Shown: in pieces, positions 53,833 to 64,000 of the stretch
Layout: every line of letters starts with the position of its first letter
How positions within the stretch are numbered: the first letter of the stretch is position 1
Assembly: GCA_951406725.2 (NCBI GenBank)
Contig: OX597831.1
Span: 55,056,001-55,120,000, forward strand
DNA length: 64,000 nucleotides
Reading direction: 5' to 3'
From: Octopus vulgaris
Lineage: Eukaryota
Notes under the pieces: model-generated
What the model was told of the DNA's origin: nothing
The model's input: the letters and a program-made list of their open reading frames with translations, nothing else
Databases searched by the model: none
Position numbers and translations under genes: made by a program

Positions 53833-54840
53833 TCATCATCATCATCCTCATATAATGGCCATTGTCCATGCTGGCATGGATTGGATGGTCTGACATGGCT
53901 GAAATGCTGCACTAGATTCCAGTCTCATTTGGCACAGTTTTCTATGGCTGAATGCCCTTCCTAATACCAACCACTCTGAGACTGTAATGGGTGCTTTTAT
54001 GTGCTACCAGCACGGGTACCATTTGTGTGACACCAGGGTGCTTTTACATGCCAATTTGCGAAACATGTCTGCCATGATTTCAATTTTGCTTGACATTATG
54101 GGTCTTCTTCTCAAGCACAACATAATGCCAAAGGTCTTTGTCATTGACTCCATGAGGCTGAGGCTCAACACTTGAAAGGAACTCTGCTACTTTGCATCCG
54201 TGAAGCCCAATGTTTGAAAGGAACTCAGCCACTTTGCCTCTGTGAGGCCCAATGCTCGAAAAGTGTTCTTTACTTACCACCAACACAGGTGCACTTGGCT
54301 TGATGGGTCCTCTCAAGTTCAACATATCACCAAAGGTCTTGGTCACTAGTCATTGCTTCTGTGAGGCCCAAAGTTTGAAGATCATGCTTCACCACCTCAT
54401 CCCATGTCTTCCTGAATCTACCTCTACCATAGGTTCCCTCCACAGTTAGAGATCGGCACTTCTTCACACAGCTGTCCTCGTCCATACACATTACATAACC
54501 ATACCAACACAGTCATCTCTCTTGCACACCCCATTTGATGCCTCTTATGCCTAATTTTTCTCTCAAGATACTTACACACTGTTGAACATGCACACTGACA
54601 CTGCACATCCAGTGAAGCATACTGGCTTCAATTCTTTCAAGCCTACACATGTCCTTGGCTATCATAGCCTATATTTCACTGCCATGCAGCATGGCTGTTC
54701 GCATACAGGCATCAATCTATCTTGCGCTCTGAGAGAGAGGCCCTTTGTTGCCAGCAGGGGTAGGAGCTCTCTGAATTTTGCCCAGCCTAATCTTATTCTC
54801 ACAGTTACACTCTCGGAGCATCCACCTCCACTACTAGACA
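53833..54840 (-). mobile_element. Third, short RTE LINE 3' fragment, inserted in a TTAA-type MITE
   Basis: Same C-terminal coding remnant (WAKFRELLPLL) and same 3' tail; flanked by the two halves of a MITE like 57063-57264. Confidence 0.88.
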
Positions 54841-55056
54841 ACGGAAGCTATCTATTACCTACTGCTTATTTATTCACATTGTTTTGAATTAATTGTACAT
54901 TACCTTCTAACTTCAAGATAGCAATGGTGTGTTTTTAGAATGACACTGTAGGGTAGGTGTGAGAAGTTGGATCTGACTACACTGAACATAAAACAGATTG
55001 AATATTTGGGCTGGATATGGCCATATTAAATTCTTTGTATTATTATTATTATTATT

Positions 55057-55991
55057 AGGTGGTGAGCTAGCAGAATTGTTAACACACCAGGCAAAATGCT
55101 TAGTGGTATTTCATCTGTTGCTACCTTCTGAGTTCAAATTCTACTGGGGTTGATGTAATCAACTAGTCCCCTCCCACCAAAATTCAGGCCTTGTACCTAT
55201 AGCAGAAAGGATTATTATTATTACTGAGATGGCAAGCTGTCAGAATCGTTAGTATGTCAGGCAAAATGCTTAGCGGCATTTCGACCATTGCTATGTTCTG
55301 AGTTCAAATTCCACCAAGGTCGAATTTGTCTTTCATCTTTTTGGGGTTAATAAATTAAGTACCAGTCAAGCAGTGGGATCAATAAATCAAGTACCAGTAG
55401 AGCACTGGGGTTGATGTAATCGACTAGTCCCTTCCAACAAAATTTCAGGCCTTGTACCTATAGTAGAAAGGATTATTATTATTACTGAGATGGCAAGCTG
55501 TCAGAATCGTTAGTATGCCAGGCAAAATGCTTAGCGGCATTTCGACCATTGCTATGTTCTGAGTTCAAATTCCACCAAGGTCGAATTTGTCTTTCATCTT
55601 TTTTGGGGTTAATAAATTAAGTACCAGTCAAGCAGTGGGATCAATAAATCAAGTACTAGTAGAGCACTGGGGTTGATGTAATCGACTAGTCCCTTCCCAC
55701 AAAATTTCAGGCCTTGTACCTATAGTAGAAAGGATTATTATTACTGAGATGGCAAGCTGTCAGAATCGTTAGTATGCCAGGCAAAATGCTTAGCGGCATT
55801 TCGACCATTGCTATGTTCTGAGTTCAAATTCCACCAAGGTCGAATTTGCCTTTCATCTTTTTGGGGTTAATAAATTAAGTACCAGTCAAGCAGTGGGATC
55901 AATAAATCAAGTACTAGTAGAGCACTGGGGTTGATGTAATCGACTAGTCCCTTCCCACAAAATTTCAGGCCTTGTGCCTATAGTAGAAAGG

Positions 55992-56036
<45 letters not shown>

Positions 56037-56650
56037 ATCATTATTATTATTATTATTCTTAAGACAATGAGCTGGCAAAATCATTAGCACACCAGGCAAA
56101 ATGCTTAGCAACATTTCACCCATCTTCGTGTTCTGAGTTCAAATTCCATGAAAGTTGAATTGGCCTTTCATCCTTTCGGAGTCAATAAAATAAGTACAAG
56201 TTGAGCACTGGGGTTGATGTAATCGACTGACTTCCTCCTCCGAAACTGCTGGCCTTGTGCCAAAATTTGAAATCATTTTCCTTATTATTATGATAGTACA
56301 TTGGCAGAATTCGCAGTATTTGTTCTGACACTTTACATTCTGAGTTCAAATGTTGCAGAAGTCAACTTTTGTGTTTCCCCATTTTGTGGTTGATAAAATG
56401 AAATGCCAGTCAAATACAGAGCTTGATGTTACCGACTTACCCACCTCCAATCAAAATCGATGGCTTTGTGCCCTAAATTAGAAATAATTAGTTAAAGGTG
56501 ACAAGCTGACAGAATGATGAGAGCATCGGAAAGAATGTCTTGTGGTATTTGTTCCAGTTTTTTATGTTATGAGTTCAATTTCCACTGGGATCAACATTGC
56601 CTTTCATTTTTCCAGGCTCAATGAAACAAAGTACCAGTCAAGTGCTAAGG
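55057..56650 (+). repeat. Head-to-tail cluster of family B SINEs, including a near-identical triplication of about 260 bp (55144-55995)
   Basis: ctggggttgatgtaatc recurs at 55144, 55405, 55667 and 55925; units are separated by (TTA)n. Confidence 0.93.
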
Positions 56651-56769
56651 TTGATAGTAGACTTTGAAGACAGAAAGGCAAAAGTTGACCTCAGGAAGAT
56701 TTGAACTCAGAACGTAGAGACACGTAATTAAATATCTTCATACGGTCAAACGTCAAACAGCAGTCCACT

Positions 56770-58234
56770 CATAATCTCTTGAGTTCTGAATTTTCCATAC
56801 AAGTTGACGAATCAACAGCTGTGGGAAGTCAGTGCATAATGATGGCATATGTTCATTCATTTTAATGAAAATATTCAACCTTCTGAGAAGATGTTGTTCG
56901 CTAATTAGATGTTGCTTGATTCAAAATGTACTTTTATTTTAGATTTATTAGAGCTATTTTTTAATGAGCATAACATTCCATTGAACAATGTTGTTGCCTG
57001 TGCATCTGATGGAGCACTCTGCTATGGTAAGTAGGTACAGAGGTTTCTCTTCACTCTCTTAACCAGTTAGCATTCAGATTACTTTGTCAAATGTAATGCT
57101 TATTTATTCACACTACTTTGAATTAATCATGCGTTATCATGTGATTTTGAGATTTTGATAATGTGATTGTTTACTTTCAGAATGACATTGGTTGCTCAGA
57201 CCAGTTTGATCAGAAAACAAGTAAAATATTTGGGCCAGATATGGTCAGTTTAAATGCTAAAGGGTTAAAACTTAAAATTTTGCATCCTGTTTTAGCAGTT
57301 TAGTCTGTGGCTCTCTAATAGCATTTAGTGTCAAGAAATATCAGTAATAAGCTTAGTGATGTGCTGCAGTTAGTTATTAAAACTCGAAACAAGCTAAAAT
57401 CAAATTCTCTGCTAGAATGAATTTTTTGTTAGCTGTGCCTTGATAACGATAATGACTGCATGAAGCTTTTATACCATACCACAGTACAATAGTTGTCAAA
57501 GGCAACTGTGTTGTTCATTTTGTTGAACTTTGAATCAATAGTGGATTTTTTTTTCAAAATACTTCCCTAACCACTTCTCTGACTGTTTCAAAATGTGATA
57601 CTTTTTGCTTAGCGACATATTCGCCAAACTAAATGATCTCAGTATGTTATTGCATGGGAAGCAAAAAACATTTGTCGACTGTAACTCATCCATTACTGCC
57701 TTCATCTCGAAATTAACACTATATAAGATGAACATTTCAAGATGTCAATTCCACCAGTTTCAATGATTGAATAGCTTGAAAGATGAATTGGTTGAAGACA
57801 ATATCATTACATATTGCGATTATTTACAATCATTGTATGATGACATGGTACAGCGATTTCAGGATATTATCACATTGCCTGTTCCAGTTGGTTGTAACAA
57901 CCTGTTTGAAGTCCAAGTAATTGATTGCAAAGACGATGCGCAGGAAGAATTGTTAGATTTATTATGCAGTATTGGCTTCTCAGTAAATATGGCTTGTGAT
58001 ATCATCAAAGTATAGTGACATCCCTAACTACAGAAGCACTTCAAGTTGATTTTGCTTGCCTTCCCAATGTCCTACATGATTGAAGCTGGATTCAGCCATG
58101 TTAATACCTTGTTATCTAGAAGTAGAAATGAGGCGGATATAATCAAGTGAGGTGACTTGCGACTAAAGATCACTAATTTTAAACCAAATGTGTCTTCACT
58201 GGCTGCATCGCACCAGACACAGGGGTCACATTGA
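56770..58234 (+). pseudogene. hAT (Buster/Charlie-type) transposase pseudogene
   Basis: FSIQVDEST, ASDGA, LSDIF, AFPMSYMIEAGFS and terminal HQTQGSH*; many stops and frameshifts; interrupted by a MITE. Confidence 0.82.
57063..57264. mobile_element. TTAA-flanked (piggyBac-like) MITE
   Basis: TTAA at 57059-57062 and 57265-57268; termini ccagttagcatt / aatgctaaaggg. Confidence 0.8.
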
Positions 58235-59093
58235 TGATACACACACATATATATATATATTTACTCTTTTTTACTCTTTTACTTGTTTCAGTCATTTGAC
58301 TGCAGCCATGCTGGAGCACCAGCTTTAGTTGAGCAAATCGACCCCAGGACTTATTCTTTGTAAGCCTACTACTTATTCTATTGTTCACTTTTGCCGAACC
58401 ACAAAGTTACAAACACAGACACAAACATACACGCACACACACACACACACACACATACATATATACCACAGGCTTCTTTCAGTTTCCGCCTACCAAATCC
58501 ACTCACAAGGCTTTGGTCGGCCTGAGGCTATAGTAGAAGACACTTGCCCGGAACCATGTGGTTGGTAAGCAAGCTACTTACCACACAGCCACTCCTACAC
58601 CTATATATATATAGTCAATTCAATAAATAAATTTTTAAAATGAATAAAAAAACGAACGTGAGGACATGTACAAAAAATGTATTAGCTTGACATTCAGTAA
58701 AAGGAGTGAGTTTGATACTTTGAGCATAGCTCTTTGTTGGAAAGGAGAAAGAGAAAAGTTCAAAGATGGAAAAGAAATCACCAAAGGCAGTGTTGCTGGT
58801 GCCACATAAAAAGCACTGGTGATGGTACCATGTAAAATGCACCGGTGATAGTACCATGTGAAATGCACTGGCAATGGTGCCATGTAAAAAAACACTGGTG
58901 ATGGTGCCATATAAAAAGCACTGGTGGTGGTGCCACGTAAAAAGCACCCACTACATTCTGTAAAGTGGTTGATATTAGAAATGACATCCAGTCATAGAAA
59001 CCATGCTAAAACAGTCTATATGGAACCTAGTGCAACTCCAGGACTTGCTACCTCCTGTCAAACTGCCCAACCAATCAGCATGATGATGATATT

Positions 59094-59252
59094 ATTTAGG
59101 TGTCCTCACTTTGACTAAAAATTCCACCAGGACACCTGATGAAGGCTGGAGAGTACATCAGCTGAAACATTGTGGTAACAACAAAGTGAGGACACCTATC
59201 CATCCAATGTAAATAATGTACATAATTCTTCATCTCTAAAATAATAAACAAT
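59094..59252 (+). ncRNA. Degenerate minimal hammerhead ribozyme within a Penelope-like repeat fragment
   Basis: CTGATGA (59136-59142), then A, stem II ggctg/cagct, GAAAC (59164-59168), att, and stem I cac/gtg. Confidence 0.65.
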
Positions 59253-59264
59253 AATGATGATATT

Positions 59265-59566
59265 GTTTGTTCCTTCTTGAGCCATGCCTGGCTCATAAGG
59301 GCCGGTTTCCCAGTTTCCTTGGCGTATAGGTTCTCCACCTGGACAGGATGCTGGTCCGTTGCAGGTGAGCTGCAAGATGCAGGAGGAAAGAGTGAGAGAT
59401 AGTTGTGGCGAAAGAGTCAGCAAACGTTCGCTATTACTTTCGGTCAGAGCTGCGTGGAGCTTAGGTGTTTCGCTCATAAGCACACACATCACCCAGTCTG
59501 AGATTCGAACCCACGATCCCTCGACCACGAGTTTGCTGCACTAACCACTAGGCCATGTGCCTCCAC
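59265..59566 (-). mobile_element. tRNA-headed SINE related to family E
   Basis: A box tggcctagtgg, B box ggttcgaatc; TSD aatgatgatatt at 59253-59264 and 59567-59578. Confidence 0.85.
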
Positions 59567-59978
59567 AATGATGATATTAGTGTGGGATAAAAGTCATGTA
59601 CAGAATACATTCAATACACTCAGGAATTGTCAAAGACATGCTTCAATTTTGCTAAAGTTGAATGAAATAAATAAAATAATGATGCGATGAATACACGCAT
59701 ACTTGTACATGATGAACAAAATGAATAATAATAATAATAATGTAATATAAATAAAATGTCAAATGTTTTGGTGCATGACTTTTGGTCCACTGTGTGTGCA
59801 TGCATGTGCAAGCACACACACATACAAACACAAACACACAACTTGGACATTTACACTTTTCTGGTTAGTTCTTACAGGCTATAATAGAAATGTCCAATTT
59901 TTAATAATTTTTTTTTCTATTTTCTATCTTCCACATATTCTTGCTGGAATTGAAAAAGGGCATTTTGTTTGTTTTTCT

Positions 59979-60033
<55 letters not shown>

Positions 60034-60403
60034 GACTTCTTTGTGTGAGACACACACATATACATATGAGCATATTCACTTATATGTTCATGTACATCTA
60101 TGCATGTGTGTGTGTGCATGCATGCATTTATGTCAGCATGTGTACATTAGTGTATGCATGTGTGCATGTATGACTATCTGTGCTTGTGCGTATGCTGTAT
60201 AAATGATGTGTCTACATACATGTTAATGTATGTGTGTATGCATATATTAGTGTATGCATGTGTGAATGTATGACTATATCTGTGCTTGTGTATGCAGATA
60301 TATGTATGATACATAAACATGTGCATACATGCATGTTAACGTATGCCTATACATGTATGTGTATTCATATGCATGTATATATGTGTCTGTGTGTGCACTT
60401 GTA

Positions 60404-60968
60404 TTGGGTTGTCTGGAAAGTTCGTGCCGATTTATAGCAGCTTACCATTCGACTTATTTTAGAACATGGTTGAGTCCATAAAATACGATTTGACTACACC
60501 TGCATTTAGAGAACAGTTTAGGCTATCTTTTCATGGAAGAAGGTTTATGTTCCTATAACCTGTGTTAATTCTGTAACCCTTTAAAATGGAAGATAAGAAA
60601 GTTCATTTTTGCCCCTTGATGCTTTGGGAACCAGACAAAAATTGCTGCAGCTCAGCTGGGATGTGTTACCCCACCCTCCATATTCACCAGATGCTGCTCC
60701 TTCAGCTTTTCACTTATTCAGGTCTCTGCAGAATAGTCTTAATGGTAAAAATTTCAATTCCTTAGATGACGTAAAAAGATACCTTGATGAATTCTTTGCC
60801 ATGAAACCATCTCAATTCTGGGAAGAGATATTTTCAAGTTAAATGAAAGATGGAGACACATTGTGCAACAAAATGGTTCATATTTGATTGATTAAAAATG
60901 TAATGGCAAGTAATTATTGACCCTTTTCTTTCCTTTATAAATCGGCATGAACTTTCCGGACAACCCAA
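60404..60968 (+). mobile_element. Second copy of the same deleted mariner
   Basis: Same TIRs, TA duplication and deletion junction (gatgctttgggaaccagac); ORF 60609..60842 contains HPPYSPDAAPS. Confidence 0.93.
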
Positions 60969-61489
60969 TATATTAGTGTTTGTATGTGTGTGATATATAG
61001 CAGTGCTCCTTAACTGGTATGCCGTGGCACACCAGTGTGCCACGTGATGATGCTAGGTGTGCTGCAGTGTAACCTGAATATAATTTTTTCCCTATATTTT
61101 TAGCCATACTTTTAGTTCAGGTGTGCCACCAAATTTTGAAAAGAATATAGGTGTACTGCAAGTGAAAAGGTTATATATAGATATATATAACTGATATATA
61201 GATATATCAGTTATATATATATATCTGATATATAGATATAAGTGATGTGAAGGGGCAGTAAAATAAAGAAGCACCAGAAGATATGAGATGGGGGTGTGGA
61301 AGGCCTGTCTGTTTACATCTCTACAGCCACTAAAACTAACACAACTGCTGCTATTTCAAGTTGACAAGAGAGGAGATAACAGAGATTGACATGCCTCTCA
61401 AATAGATCTTCTGGTGATTTATTGCTTTGATTATAGCTAGATTAAACACAGGGAACAATGGTGGTGACATGAAGTCATGGTCACAATGT

Positions 61490-62690
61490 ATGGGAGAGGG
61501 GGAGGGGAGAAGCAGAAAGGAGGGAAGGAGGGGGAAAACAGATAGGCGAGAAGTAAGAGGGAAAAGAGGGAAGAGGAGAAGGAGAAAGGAGAGAAGTAGG
61601 AGAGAAAGGAGGGAAGGAGAGGGGAAACAGAAAGGAGAGAAGAAGCAGAAAGGAGAGAAACAGGAGGGAAGGAGAGGGGAAACAGAAAGGAGAGAAGTAA
61701 GAGGGAAAAGAGGGAAGAGGAGAAGCAGAAAGGAGAGAAGCAGGAGGGAAAGGAGGGAAGGGGGAAGCAGACTAGAGAAGAGAAGCAGGAGGGTGAGGTG
61801 GAGAGGAGATGCACAATAGGGGAAGTGGGAAGAGGAGAAAGAGGAGAAGAAAAAGAAGAAGCGGGGAAAGAGAGAGTGGGGGGGAAACAAATGTAAGGAG
61901 ATGGTCAAGTCAGGGTGAAGTAGAAAAAAAAAATCAGAGAATTTGGAGAGGTAGGAAGGAGTAAAAAGAAAAACAAGAGGGAGGAGAGAGAGGGGAAGAG
62001 GGAATAGAGAAGCAGGAAGGAGAGGAGGGGAGAGGAGAAGAAGCATGAGAGGGGAGGATGAGAGGAGGAGAAAGAAATAAAGAGAGAGAGAGAGAGAAGT
62101 GTTTGGAGATGGTCAAGACAGAATGAAGAAGAAAAAAATCAGAGAATTTGGAGAAGTAGGGAGATAAGGAAGGAGTAAAAAGAAAAACAAGAGGGAGGAG
62201 AGAGGGGGGAAGAGGGAATAGAGAAGCAGGAAGGAGAAAAGGGGAGAGGAGAAGAAACATGAGAGGAGGAGGAAGAAATAAAGAGAGAGAAGAAAAAGGA
62301 AAGAGTGAGAGAGAGAGAGAGAGAAGACGTGCATGGAGATGGTCAAGACAGAATGAAGAAGAAAAAAATCAGAGAATTTGGAGCGGATGGGAGATAAGGA
62401 AGGGGTAAGAAAAAAATGCAAGGAGAGGGAGAGAGAGAAGTAGACTGGTTCTATTGGTTTATTTTATTGACAATACACTGATTATCATTGAATAATCAAT
62501 ATTATCAAAGAGAAGAGGAAGAGAGAGTAAGGAAGAAACATGGAGAAGAACAAAAGAGGACGAGAGAGTAAGGAAAAAACTTGGAGGAGAACAAGAGAGA
62601 AATAGAGAAGAATGAAGAAAAAGTCAACTAGAGAGAGAGAGAGGGGGGGAGAGGGGGAGAAAGACTGAAGAGAAAAAGAGGGAGAGTACA
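61490..62690. repeat. Polypurine (GA-rich) low-complexity tract with internal duplications
   Basis: Almost entirely G and A; ggagatggtcaag...aatcagagaatttggag occurs three times. Confidence 0.9.
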
Positions 62691-62869
62691 GACATGGAAA
62701 TGTTTCCAAAATCTGCCATCCTTAAAATAACTCTTATTCTTAGAGAATGGACATTTCTGTCCAAGGCTTTTGTTAAAGACTGATAATTAGTTTGAAGGAG
62801 AGAGAGAGAGAACCCCCCCCCAAATAAAAACCCTGGTATGTTAGATCTATACTTTGCAATGGATATGAT

Positions 62870-63357
62870 GATAATAATAATAATAATAATAATCTTTTTT
62901 ACACAAAGCCTACAATTTTGGAGGGAGGGAGGGGATTAGTTAATAACATTGAAAGTCCCCACCATCCTTGTGCTCAACTGGTACCCCAATTTATCAACTC
63001 TGAAAGGATGAAAAGCAAAGTCAACCTTGGTAGAATTTGAACACAGAACATAAAAAACAGATGAAATGCTGTTAACCATTTTGTCTGGTGTGCTAACAGT
63101 TCTGCCAGCTCACTGTCGCCTCCTCCTCCTCCTCCTCCTTCTTCTTCTTATTATTATCATTATTATTATTATTAATAATAATAATAATAATAATCCTTTC
63201 TACTATAGGCCATAAGGCCTGAAACTTGGGGAAGGGGGATAATCGATTACATCGACCCCAGTGCATAACTGTTACTTAATTTATTGACCTCGAAAGGATG
63301 AAAGGCAAAGTTGACCTTGGCAGAAATCAAAGTCAGAACGTAGTGATGGATGAAATA

Positions 63358-63429
<72 letters not shown>

Positions 63430-63942
63430 TATAATGGTTTAAAATTTTGGCATGAGGCAGAAACTAGTTGATTACATCAACCCCAGTGTTTCACTGGTAC
63501 TTAATTTATTGACCCCTGAAAGGATTAAAGGCAAAGTTGACCTCAGTTGAATTTGAACACCAAATATAAAAATGGGTGATATACCACTAAACATTTTGCC
63601 CAATGTACTAATGATTGTGTCAGCTCACGGCCTTCTTAATAATAATAATAATTAGAAGAATTAGAAGAAGAAGAAGAATTAGAAGAAGAAGAAGTAGTAG
63701 TAGTGTAGTAGTAGTAGTGAATTTGAACACCAAATATAAAAATGGGTGATATACCACTAAACATTTTGCCCAATGTACTAATGATTGTGTCAGCTCATGG
63801 CCTTCTTAATAATAATAATAATAATTAGAAGAAGAAGAAGAAGAAGAAGAAGAAGAAGAATTAGAAGAAGAAGAAGAATTAGAAGAAAAAGAAGAATTAG
63901 AAGAAGAAGAAGAAGAAGAAGAAGAAGAAGAAGAAGAAGAAG

Positions 63943-63974
<32 letters not shown>

Positions 63975-64000
63975 GTAGTAGTAGTGGTAGAAGTTATCTT
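62870..64000 (-). repeat. Family B SINE cluster with (AAT)n, (GAA)n and (TAG)n microsatellites and a 170-bp tandem duplication
   Basis: gaatttgaacaccaaatataaaaatggg... occurs at about 63549 and 63719. Confidence 0.85.

Noticed and set aside
58795-58949. CRISPR-like repeat array
   Set aside because: No unique spacers, no cas genes, and a eukaryotic context.
61181-61220. 19-bp perfect palindrome
   Set aside because: Mostly (AT)n, which is self-complementary; at most a minor slippage product.
61310-61360. Minus-strand VSFSGC resembling the missing upstream CEP78 exon (VNFTGC)
   Set aside because: In-frame stop just upstream, no suitable splice sites and no further similarity.
61351-62709. Long Leu/Ser/Pro/Phe-rich or Arg/Glu/Gly-rich ORFs
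   Set aside because: An artefact of the polypurine tract, which is depleted of stop codons.

Overview
AT-rich, repeat-dense animal genomic DNA, most likely Octopus (inferred from the SINE/LINE repertoire and microsatellite load, not from a database search). The window holds nine coding exons of a minus-strand gene I recognise as CEP78 (centrosomal protein 78, LRR plus coiled-coil). The exons lie at 45028-44854, 34358-34245, 25435-25356, 17623-17516, 16934-16804, 15363-15147, 13336-13259, 10588-10443 and 5334-5091. All have AG/GT ends and phases that join into one open frame. I found no upstream exons, so they are probably beyond 64000. The introns are packed with mobile DNA: a full-ended but decayed Helitron (35824-41145), three truncated RTE LINEs (two with a PHD-type finger beside the RT core), mariner, hAT and TTAA-type elements, and several tRNA-headed SINE families. 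The observations most worth following up are a Penelope-type minimal hammerhead ribozyme enclosed in a perfect 17-bp inverted repeat, a phased A4T4 array in the Helitron 3' region, a candidate 43-nt mutually exclusive CEP78 exon, a 28-nt templated insertion matching a site 5.3 kb away, an in-frame internally deleted RTE, SINEs turning into tandem arrays, and perfect fold-back hairpins. Homology calls come from my recollection of family motifs; no search was run.
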